Shown here: in pieces, positions 34,640 through 44,916 of the stretch
Layout: each line of letters starts with the position of its first letter
Position numbering within the stretch: position 1 is the first letter of the stretch
Origin: Cetorhinus maximus
Lineage: Eukaryota
Direction: 5' to 3'
NCBI RefSeq assembly: GCF_964194155.1
Contig: NW_027598053.1
Span: forward strand, 1-56,000
Length of the DNA: 56,000 bases
The notes under the pieces: model-generated
What the model saw: the letters and a program-made list of their open reading frames with translations, nothing else
Database searches by the model: none
What the model was told of the DNA's origin: nothing
Program-made: the position numbers and the translations under genes

Positions 34640-34845
34640 ATTCCTCCCGTGCATCCACAATCTCCTCCAGCCTCCTCAGCTGCCTGTTCCACCCCAGTCC
34701 GTCTCCACCAGCCGCACTGAGCATGCTCTGAGCACAACCCGGCCCCCACGCAGTCGCTCTGGGTTCCTGTTCTCATCGATAGGGGGCTTTCTGACCCATG
34801 AGGCATTCTGAGTAATCCTGCCACCATTGAGGCCAATCAGCGAAC
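34640..34845 (-). promoter_or_regulatory. Probable promoter of gene E
   Basis: cactgagcatgctctgag, ZNF143-like gcattctgagtaa, CCAAT (ggccaatcag); homologous to 26760-26880. Confidence 0.5.
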
Positions 34846-34865
34846 AGACAATTTTTTTCAACACC

Positions 34866-34904
34866 AGCTCTGAAGAAGGGTCATATGGACTCGAAACGTT
34901 AACT
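34866..34904 (+). ncRNA. Minimal hammerhead-ribozyme motif in a Penelope tail-only copy (34860-35000)
   Basis: AGCT-CTGAAGA-A-GGGTC-atatg-GACTC-GAA-ACGT-T-AACT: intact CUGANGA and GAAA core, palindromic stem III. Confidence 0.65.
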
Positions 34905-35310
34905 CTGTTTGTCTCTCCACAGATGCTGTTAGACCTGTTGAGCTTTTCCAGCAATTTCTGTTTTTGTTTCAGATTTCCAGCATGCGCAGTTTTTTGCTTT
35001 TGCCTTAGGCAATTTTTTTTCCCCCAGTTGGTAAAACAGAAGATCCATGAATGAGGGGGATATTGGACAGGAAGCACAATGAGAGGTTCAGACACTTTAT
35101 TAAATACTCACAGCAGAAGCACATTAATCTGATCGGAGATCACTTCCTCATGAGCAGCCAGCTGAGTGGAGCCTCCTGAGATTCTGTTCCCTTTCCAGTC
35201 AGTATTTACAGGAGCTGGGACATGGAAAAGAGTCTCAGTAAAATCAGGGATTTATTTGTTCACTGTTTTAAAATGGGCCTGGGCTCACACTCGAAGTTTG
35301 TGCAGCCTAT

Positions 35311-35440
35311 GACTCCCTGGGATTATTAACCCTCCCCTTCCAGACCCTTTGGGCTCTCTATTGTTTCTCAATATCCTCCCGGCCCTGTGACTCCCGAGGT
35401 TTATTAACCCTCCCTCTCCAGGCCCTTTGGACTGTCTAAT
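35311..35440 (+). repeat. Direct repeat, ~50 bp x2 at ~80-bp spacing, in an unclassified possibly LTR-derived segment
   Basis: gactccc..gg.ttattaaccctccc..tccag.ccctttgg.ct.tcta at 35311 and 35390; AATAAA near 35494. Confidence 0.6.
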
Positions 35441-36114
35441 GTTGGACTATGTATTGTTTTTCAATGTCCTCCTGGCCTTGTTGTATCTGATCCAATAAAA
35501 ACCCTCTTTACATCACACAGGGAACAGCTTTAGACATGTTCTGACTTTTCACCTCAATCTTATTCTGCTGAATGATCTTACTGACCGTTCCCTTTCTCTC
35601 GATCAGTCCGTCCACCATCTCTTTTCTGGATTTCACTCCTTCTTGTTGTTCCAGGATTTCATCTCTCTGCCTTTTATTTCTTTTACTGAAGATTCCTGTC
35701 CATTGCTGCCTCACAGCCTCGTCCTGTTCCCACATATTCTCCATGTCTAAGTGCTTCCCAGCGGCCGTGCCAGCCGTGGCCCCTATTCCAGCCCAGTCAC
35801 TGATCCCTCTCTTCCCTCCACCCTTTTTACTGGTGTCACTATCACAGGAACGATTGCAGAGTTTTGCAAAACTGCCTTAACGCCGGGGTCTTGGCTACTG
35901 GTGGTCATAGTCCACCCATCTCTCTCCCTGCGTTCTGACTTCTGAAATCCCCGGATAATTCCCTTATCATCTGAACATCAAGGTGCTTGAAGATGGGATG
36001 ATATAACCTTGGGGACGGGTGTATTGGGGTTCAGGGCAAATATTACAGGAATTATTTTAAATCTTGTATCATTATATCGGCTTTCTGAGTATGGGTGATG
36101 ATTAAACCATTTGT

Positions 36115-36880
36115 AGGATCAATTTCTTATGGCAGGACAGATTGAGGGGTAGTCAGTGAAGCATATGGGGCCTTCGGCTTCATAAATAGAGGTACTGAGT
36201 ATAAAAACAGAGGCATTATTTCGGCATTTATAAGGAAGGCAAATGGAATTTTGGCATTTTTTGCAAAAGGAAGAGTATAAAAATAGGGAAGTGTTGTTGC
36301 AACTGTACAAGGCTTTGGTGAGACCGCACCTGGAGTACTGTGCACAGTTTTGGTCCCCTTACTTGAGGAAGGATTTAGTTGCACTGGAGGCGGTTCGGAG
36401 GAGGTTCACTAGATTGATTCCAGAGATGCGGGGCTTGTCTTATGAGGAGAGATTGAGCAGTTTAGGCCTATACTCGCTAGAGTTTAGAAGGATGAGAGGA
36501 GATCTAATTGAGGTATATAAGATGCTAAAGGGGATAGACAAAGTAGACGTGGAGCGGATGTTTCCCCTTGTGGGGCATTCTAGAAAAAGAGGCCATAGTT
36601 TGAGGCTAAGGTGTGGTAGATTTAAATCAGAGATGAGGAGGAATTACTTTTCTCAAAGGGTCGTGAATCTATGGAATTCACTATTCCAGAGTGCAGGGGA
36701 TACCGGGACACTGAATAATTTTGAGGAGATAGATTTTTAATTAGTAATGGGTTGAAAGGTTATGGGGAGAAGGCGAGAAATTGGAGTTGAGGCCGAAATG
36801 AGATCAGCCGTGATCGTATTGAATGGCTGGGCAGGCTCGAGGGGCCGAATTGCCTATTCCTGCTCCTAGTTCTTATGTTA
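36115..36880 (+). mobile_element. CR1 LINE 3' portion, relatively young
   Basis: 165-aa ORF EYKNREVLLQLYKALVRPHLEYCAQFWSPYLRKD...YFSQRVVNLWNSL and an intact tail. Confidence 0.9.
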
Positions 36881-36884
36881 TAGA

Positions 36885-38640
36885 GTTTTGGTTAGGTCAC
36901 AACTAGAATATTGCATCCAGTTCTGGTCCCCAGTCTTTAGGAAGAATGTGAGGGGCCTTGATAAGGTGCAGAGGAGATTTACCAGAATGGTTCGAGGGAT
37001 GAGGGATTTTAGCTACAAGGTTTGGCTGGAGAAGCTGGGGTTGTTCTCTTTGGAGCTGGGGGATTGAGGGGAGATTTGATAGCGGTGTACAAGATTATGA
37101 AAGGTTTAGAATAAGATAGACAAAGGAAATCCTTTTCCATTAGCTGATGGTACAAGGATACAGGTTTTGGGCAAGAGATGCAAGAGGGGATATGAGGAAG
37201 AACGTTTTTCACAGCAAGTAGGGTCACGTGATTTGTTCAACCAATGTGTAGCTAGTGCGGGGGTATAAATTCTAGGGGAGGAGTTTCCTAGGAAGTGGTT
37301 GCAGGAGGGGCTGGCTGGATACAAGCAGCCACACAAGCTCTTGTCTAAATAAAGCTTAATTTGTTTGACTAAAAAGCCTCTGAGAGCATGTTTCTACAAT
37401 AATAACCTGGAACTCAGCCCACGAGGGTGGTGGAAGTGGAGACGATTAATCATTTCAAAAGGAAATTGGATGTTATACTGCCAGGATTTTATGAAGGATT
37501 TGACCATGTTAAGTGCATGCTGGACCCTGAAGTTCTGGTCACTTATCATTTAACTTCTCCACCCCACTCCCACTCTGACCTCTGTGTCCTTGGCCTCCTG
37601 AACTGTTCCAATGAAGCTCAAGGGGAGTTTGAGGAACAGCAGCTCATCTTTCAATTCGTCACTTTACAACCTTCCAGACTCAGCATCGAGTTCAGTAGTT
37701 TCTGCACCAACAGAGAGTTGTCAGGATCAGGAACGCTCTACCTGAAAAGGTGCTGGAACCTGATTCTATGTTTAGTCTCCGCCCACTGGTCCTAGATTCC
37801 CCAACCAGTGAATATAGTTTCTCTCTATCAACCCGGTCAGTTCCAATTAATATCCCAAAAACTTTGATCAAATCACCTCTTCATCTTCTAAATTCCCGGG
37901 TTTCCGGGATTACAATGCTCATAGTGAGGTGCGGTGCTGGATTTTAGCAGAAGGAATAGGGAGAGGGAAGATATAATTCATGGCTCAGTTCTAAAGAGTG
38001 TGCATGGACAGAGGGACCCGGGGTTCATGTGCTTTGATCTCTGAAGGTGACAGGATGTATTAAGAGAGAAGTTAGCAAAGCCGATTGGATCTTGAGCTAC
38101 ATAAATAGTGACATTGAAAACAAAAACAGGAAGCTATGCTGAATCTTTACAAAGCACTGGTTAGGCTCCAATTTGAGTATCTTCTGGTCACCAGACGTTA
38201 GCAAGGATGTGAAGGTCCTTGAGAAGGTGCAGAGGAGGTTTACCAGAATAGTTCCTGCAAAGGAGGTTGAGGTGGGATTTGATTGAGGTGCACAAGGTTC
38301 TGGCAGGTTTAGATAAGGTGGACAAAGAAAAGCTGTTCCCATCAGCTGATTGTACAAGGACTCGGGGACACAGATTTAAGGCTTTGGGTAAAAGGTACGG
38401 GAAATGTGATGAAGAATGTTGTTACACAGTGAGTGGTAATGACCTGGAGTTTACTGCCTACGAAAGGAGGTGGAAACGGATATGATGAATGATCTCAAAA
38501 GGAAATTGGACAGACACGCGAGGGAAATAAACCTGCAAGGATATGGGGATAGAGCAGGGGCAGGGGAATGGGACGACTGGATTGCTCCAGAAAACTGGCA
38601 TGGACTCAATGGGCTAAATGGCTTCCTCTGTGCCATAATG
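36885..38640 (+). mobile_element. Mosaic of older CR1 fragments with a Penelope fragment (37540-37700)
   Basis: Repeated CR1 RT C-terminal motifs (DLIEVHKVLAGLDKVD..LFP...TRTRGHRFK); EEQQLIFQFVTLQPS Penelope peptide. Confidence 0.7.
37221..37397 (+). mobile_element. LTR-like fragment nested in CR1
   Basis: cacgtg, ccaat, tataaa and aataaa in order, ending ...tctaca; interrupts a CR1 sequence that resumes at cctggaactc. Confidence 0.5.
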
Positions 38641-38719
38641 ACTCTTTTGTGTAATCTTCTTCTGTAATTTAACCCTTGGAGTTTGGATATCACTCAGGTA
38701 AAACTGTGCTACACTCCCT

Positions 38720-39670
38720 CCTGGTGTTTTTCCAGTCACATTGATATCTGAAATTTTCTCCCACAAACAGAACAGACAAACCTTCCACATTCAGATGCTG
38801 CTGATATTCAGTTTCTGATGAATCGAGTGAATCTGTCAGATCTTGTTGTGATGTTTGGTTTGAGTTTCCCGTCTATCAATCCTCCAATTCCAGTGCCCTG
38901 TAAAGTTTACAGAAACCATCACTGTCAGTCTAGGACAGAAATTCACAATATTCTCTCCTCTAGGGTTGCCAACTCTGATTAAATGGAGGTTCCATCACAT
39001 GACTTGTCCCTATGCTCCAGCCATGAGTCGGCCAACACATCCTTCCTTGTGACACACTGCCTTCTCAGGCCAATTGGAAAGCAAAATGTCTCGTGACGCA
39101 ATTGGATGATGATTTGTCCCACTTTCAATATTTTAATAAAGAGAAACATTCAAAGAAAATTACAAATTAAAACAATCTTTTTAATGCCCTTAAGATATTT
39201 CTCCAGTGCTGCACACAGCAATGTCCTGGAGATTGAGCTTCAGCTCCTGGAAACTCCAGTCCAATCCTGGAAGGTGGCAACCCACTCTTTGCCTGTCTCC
39301 TAATCCAGGATCACAGCGCATGCGCCCTGCTGTACCGGGCCTGTGAACGGAAGGCGCCCCGCAGCTCATAGACCTTTCGGTGCTAATGCGGGACCGGTAA
39401 CTTTTTACTCGGGGTTCGAAGCCTCCGCGTAGTATTTATGAAGCCCCCCCGCCCATTCCGCTGGCTCTAATCCTCCCCGCTCACCCACCGACTCCATTAC
39501 TCAACTGCACTCGATTGTTTCTTCCCCGTTCCTTGCAGCGCCATTGACAGTCTGCACTGCGCATGCTCTACTCTCAGCGGGAAACTGCGCCTGCGCAAGG
39601 CGCGCCGGTCGTGTGGATAGGGCACATTCTTACCCGCAGTGAATGCTGGGTCAGAGCGACGCCATTGTGA
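38720..39670 (-). pseudogene. ZNF unit with promoter, acceptor and leader only; finger array missing
   Basis: CpG/NRF1-rich 39300-39670 is paralogous to 43700-44020; acceptor at 38898; leader ends just after ...gtgtgactggaaaa-like sequence at about 38725. Confidence 0.7.
38961..39284. mobile_element. hAT-like MITE
   Basis: TIR tagggttgcca...tggcaaccca; absent from the paralogous intron at 44010; TSD only partly preserved. Confidence 0.6.
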
Positions 39671-39794
39671 TCATACATTTTTTTTTAGTAGAACATTGTG
39701 ATTTGCGATCAGAATTCCGATTACAATTGGAGCCATTTGTCCAAGTTACAAATTTACTAAATCAATTGATACAGCAACTAAAGAGCACGTGTCT

Positions 39795-40185
39795 TCCACC
39801 ATAGTTCTGTCCTGGGTGTGATTAACAGCAGAACAAACCCCTACAGTTAGATGTGGACTCACTGGAGTCTCAGTAGGTGGGGTGAACAAGTGATCTTTTT
39901 TCCATAGACATAAGGGTTAAACTATCCCTCCCGAATAAGAATGGACTAGTCGTAGATCAAAAGTGTTGGGTTTCTAAAGTTGGAGTGTTAACCAGGGGGC
40001 AAATTGAGTGAATGCCTTTGCACACACAATGAGTCTGATTCTCCTCCCTCAAATGTGAACGTGCTGTTGCGTCAGTAAGTGGGATGACTGAGTAAATCCT
40101 TTTCCACATTCAGCTTTCAAATTATCTTTGCACGGTGAGGTTTTATCTAAGAATTTCCAGCTCAGGCGGGAATCACAAATCCTTC
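39795..40185 (-). pseudogene. Old, heavily decayed ZNF array with family 3' UTR
   Basis: Minus strand ggaaaaggatttactcagtcatcccacttactgacgcaacagcacgttcaca; UTR motif at 39800-39850. Confidence 0.65.
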
Positions 40186-40211
40186 TGGTGGTTAGTTTCA
40201 CAATCTTTTTT

Positions 40212-41700
40212 AAAATTCATTCAAGGGATGTGGGCGTCGCTGGCTAGGCCAGCATTTATTGTCCATCCCTAATTGCCCTTGAGAAGGTGGTGGTAATCTA
40301 GCTTCTTGAACCACTGCAGTCCATGTGGTGTAGGTACACCCACAGTGCTGTTAGGGAGGGAGTTCCAGGATTTTGACCCAGCGACAGCAAAGGAACGGCA
40401 GTATATTTCCAAGTCAGGATGGTGAGTGGCTTGGATGGGAAGTTCCAGGTGGTGGTGTTTCCCAGGGATCTGCTGTCCTTGCCCTTTTAGATGGTAGTGG
40501 TCTTGGGTTTAGAAGGTGCTGTCTAAGGTGAGTTCTTGCAGTGCATCTTGTAGATGGTACACACTTCTGCTACTGTGCGTCAGTGGTGGAGGGAGTGAAT
40601 GTTTGTGGATGGGGTGCCAGTCAAGTGGGCTGCTTTGTCCTGGATGGCGTTGAGCTTCTTGAGTGTTGTGGGAGCTGCACTAATCCAGGCAAGTGGAGAG
40701 TATTCCATCACACTCCTGACTTGTGTCTTGTAGATGATGAAGTCAGGAGGTGAGTTATTGCCACAGGCTTCCTAGCCTCTGACCTGCTCTTGTAGCCACA
40801 GTATTTATATGGCTAATCTTGTTCAGTTCCTGGTCAATGGTAACCCCCAGGATGTTGATAGTGGGGGATTCAGCAATGGTAATGCCATTGAATGTAAAGG
40901 GGTGATGGTTAGATTCTCTCTTGTTGGAGATGGTAATTGCCTAGCACTTGTGTTGCAAATGTTACTTCCCACTTGTCAGTCAAGCTTGGATATTGTCCAG
41001 GTCTTTCTCCATTTGAACATTGACTGCTTCAATATCTGAGGAGTCGCAAATGATGCTGAACACTGTGCAGTCATCAGTGAACCTCCCCATTTCTGACCTT
41101 GTGATGGAAGGAAGGTCATTGATGTAGCAATTGAGGTAGTGTCCGAGGCCCAATCGGCAGTGATGTCCTGGAGCTAAGATGACTGACCTCCAACAACCAT
41201 AACCATCTTCCTTTGTGCTAGGTATGCCTCCAACCAGCAGAGAGGTTTCCCTGATTCCCATTGACTCCAGTTTCACCAGGGCTACCTAATACCACACTCG
41301 GTCAAATGCGGCCGTGCTGTCAAGGGCAGTCACTCTCACCTCACCTCAGGAGTTCAGCTCTTTTGGCATTGATTGAACCAGGGCTGTAATGTGGTCAGGA
41401 GCTGAGTGGCCCTGGCGGAACCCAAACTGGGCGTCAATGACCAGATTATTGGGGCCGGAGACTGATGGGGCAGTAATTGGATGGGTTCGATTTGTCCGGC
41501 ATTTTGTGTACAGGAAATACCTGGGGAATTTTCCTCATTGCCAGATGGATGCCAGTGTTGTAGCTGTACTGGAACAGCTTGGCTAGGGACGTGGAACGTT
41601 CTGGAGCACAAGTCTTTAGTACTATTGCTGGAATATTGTTTGGGCCCATAGCCTTTGCAGTATCCAGTGTCTTTAGCTCTTTCTTGATGTCACATGGAGT
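40212..41700 (-). mobile_element. CR1-related LINE (same family as 28265-29502)
   Basis: GPNNIPAIVLKTCAPE...DKSNPSNYCPISL and YINDLPS...GRFTDDCTVF peptides; same 3' tail. Confidence 0.9.
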
Positions 41701-41820
41701 TCATTTCAGCATTTTCCAGTTAAAGAAAAGCAAAATACTGTGGATGCTTCAAATCTTAATTAAAAACAGAAAATTTTGGAAATACTCAGCAATTCTGGTA
41801 GCATTTGTGAAGAGAGAAAC

Positions 41821-41857
41821 AGTTTACATTTCAGGCCCATGATCTTTCATCAGAACT
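41821..41857 (-). ncRNA. Hammerhead-like motif in a Penelope tail-only copy
   Basis: AGTT-CTGATGA-A-AGATC-atg-GGCCT-GAAA-TGT-A-AACT: core intact, stems II and III degenerate. Confidence 0.45.
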
Positions 41858-42829
41858 GGACTGCATCTGTGCACAGATTTAAATATTAATCTTCTGTTTC
41901 CATCCACAGATCTGCTGAGTATTTCCAATGTTTTCTGTTTTTAATCTCTGGTTTAAAATGTTGCTCTGGAATTGCATATTAAATTTATTAGCGACTAAAT
42001 GATATTTATTCTCATTCTGTCTGCAAGTGGAAACATCTGCCACTTGTCTACCCTGTCAAACCCTTTCATAGTCTTAAAGGATCAGGTCATCCTTCATTCT
42101 CTTTTCTAGAGAAAACATTTACAGCCTGTCCCGTCTTTCTTAATGGGTGTCACCTGCCAGTTCTGGCATCATTCTAGTATTTTTTTCTTGCATCTTCTCC
42201 AGTCCTTTTAGTTCTATCTTATAATATGGAGACCTAAGCTAATCTGAGCAGCAAACTCACCATTGTCCCCAAAAGCGCGTATGTTTCAGTATTTTACTCA
42301 TTTTCCCATGAGATGAATATAAAATGGGATGGAATAACCAGATCTAATGAGCCAGACTGGAGTAATTACAAAGTTGTCTCTTCTCCTTACAGTGAAACGG
42401 TGGCTGTTTTACTCTTAATCTGTCAATTATGACATTAAGAATAACATGTCAGAGAAAGACAAGATTTCAGTGCTGTGACACTAGGCCAGACTAAAGTTCA
42501 GTTAATATGATTGCCGAGCAGTGATCAGGAGCACTTGCAAATTATTCTCTGTCTTGAATATATTCCAGATGCAAATCCATGAACGTTTAGATACTGGGGA
42601 ATCAATGGTTTGGAGATAGGGAGGAGAAGTGGAGTTAAGGAGGAAGAGCATTTAATGGTGTAGTGGCCATACGTTCTCCTGCTGCTCCTATTTCTGGTCT
42701 TCTTATGAACATCATTTTGTATCATTTCCGTGTGAGCACAGCAGATGCTGCATCCACCCTTTCATCTCCTCCCTTCCTACATTCCCAGCTCTCAATACGC
42801 TTTCCGGTGGCACAGTGATTTCCTTGTAC

Positions 42830-43490
42830 TTGTTGCAATTTAGCATCGTGTTTTCATTACTCATGATGCCATCTCTCCTACACTGAGGAGATTAAATTAA
42901 ATTGAGTGACTGCTTTGTGGAACATCACCATTCAGTTTGCAAACGTGATACTGAGCTTCTGATCATTTACTATTTTAGTTCTCTGCCTCACTTCAGTTCT
43001 GACCTCTCTGTCCTCAGCCTCCTGCACTGTTCCAATAAATCTCAAAGGAAACTCGAGGAACAGTGCTCATCATTGATTAGACACTTTGCAACCTTCTGGA
43101 CTCAACATTAATTTCAACAATTTTGGATCATAACCACCACTCCCATTTTTTCAGACAGTAGGTGCTTGTAATTGTTCTGCTGTTATCATTCATATCTCAT
43201 CTGGACCTGTCTTTTGTCTCTTCACTTGTCCCATTAGTTTATTTACTTGTCTCCTTATCACCCAGTGTTGCCTTGCATCATCCGCTTTGTCATTTAATCA
43301 CTCCAGCCTTCCATCCTATCACAAGACCGTTTGTTCTTTTCTCCTTTCCCCTTCTCATTTCCCTGACTCCGTACATGCTGGAAAACAACTAAATCTCTAA
43401 ATTCTTCCAGCTTGGATAAAAATTTAGCGACCTGAAACATTTACTCTGTTTCCCTCTCCGTAGACACTCCATCTCTAGCTCTAATTCCCG
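42830..43490 (+). mobile_element. Decayed Penelope-like 3' fragment
   Basis: DCFVEH...SDLSVLSLLHCSNKSQRKLEEQ peptide, pyrimidine-rich UTR and a degenerate tail. Confidence 0.7.
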
Positions 43491-43544
43491 AACAGAAAAT
43501 GCTGCCAAGAGTCATCAAGTCAGGCTTGAGTCTGTGGCCGCTCT

Positions 43545-44010
43545 CAGCGTTTGAAACCGTCACAATGCCTGGGTGATTAACGGCAGCTCCGGACCAATAG
43601 GAAGAGTGGGCGGGACTGGAAGACTGAGCGGGACTATCTGGTGGTCCTCCAACCAATCGAAATGAAGGAAGGGTGCCACCTGATCATCCATCAGGCTGGC
43701 GCCCTGCGCGCAGGCGCAATGTCGTTGTGACTGAAGACTGGGGCTTGCGGGAGTTGAAGGAGGAAGGATGGGGGGACAAGGTGAGAAACAGCGTAACTGA
43801 GGAGAGGAATGGAGCCGGAGAATGGACTGGATGCTTCATAAACGCTAGGTATCGGCCTCTAAACCCGAATGAGAAGCTGCCGGATCCGCGTTTGCACCAA
43901 ATCGAGCAAAGCTGCCGACCTCCTCCGGTCACAGGCCCGAATGAACGGCCGCCATCTTTCTAGGGTCAATGTGCAGCAGTACGCATGCGTAGTAATCCCT
44001 GTCCCTGACA
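43545..44010. promoter_or_regulatory. CpG promoter / first exon of gene F
   Basis: tgattaacgg-N10-ccaat (43574/43594), GC boxes, NRF1-like gcgcaggcgca and acgcatgcgt, YY1 ccgccatctt near 43949. Confidence 0.65.
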
Positions 44011-44184
44011 GCAGGAGGAGAGAATGGTGTTCATTTCTATCCTAGACTGACAGGGATGGATTTTGGAAACTCCTTTTACAGGGGGTTAGAAGGGGAGGAT
44101 TTACACCCAGCAAACTAAAACCAAGAGAGATGTTTGTCTCTTCTCAATTTCTATCCTGGATTGACAGTGATGAGTTTTGTAAAC

Positions 44185-44553
44185 CAGAACAAATATTTCT
44201 GTTATGAAAGATTGAAAAGGGTGGAGCTTTCTTTTTCCTTTAGAAAATGGAAGAGTTAGCAGTGAGTTGATAGAGGTCTTCACAATGATCAATGGGTTGG
44301 ACGCGGTAGATATGGAGAGAATGTTTTCACTTGAAATTTCTTGAGAGTGATTACAATGTGAAACTCATAGGAAACCATTGAGATAATTTTGAAAGGAAAC
44401 TAGATGAGTACGTGAGGGAAATGGGAATAGAAAGATAAGCTGAAAGGATGAGATGAGGTGCATGGAATGGGAGGAGAAGCATGTGGTGTATAAAAACCAG
44501 CGTAGTCGTTGGACAGAATGGCCTTTGCTTTTTGAATATTCTGAGTATTTTAA
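44185..44553 (+). mobile_element. CR1 3' fragment inserted in the splice-acceptor region, 7-bp TSD
   Basis: tgtaaac at 44178-44184 and 44554-44560; interior has gatagaggtcttcacaatgatcaatgggttggacgcggtagat (CR1 RT end). Confidence 0.65.
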
Positions 44554-44916
44554 TGTAAACTCCTTTTACAGGGCATTCAGAGGGTTGGATTTGCAGATGG
44601 GAAATTCAAACCAAACATCATGTCAGGATCTGATAGAGTCACTCGATTCATCAGAACCTGAATATCATCGGCCTTTGAATTTGGAAGAAGAAATGTCTGT
44701 CTGTAAGGAAAGATTTTAAACAACGTTGTGACTGGAATAGCACTGAGACATACACACATGAGTGAGAGTGTTCCAGTGCAATGATTGGAAAGAGTTTTAA
44801 CCAGCCTGAAAAAAAAGTGCACCATTCACAGCAGGGAGAGACTGTACACGTGTTCTGTGTGTGGATGAGGCTTCAACTGATTGTCAAACCTGGAGAGAAA
44901 CAAGGACACCCACACC

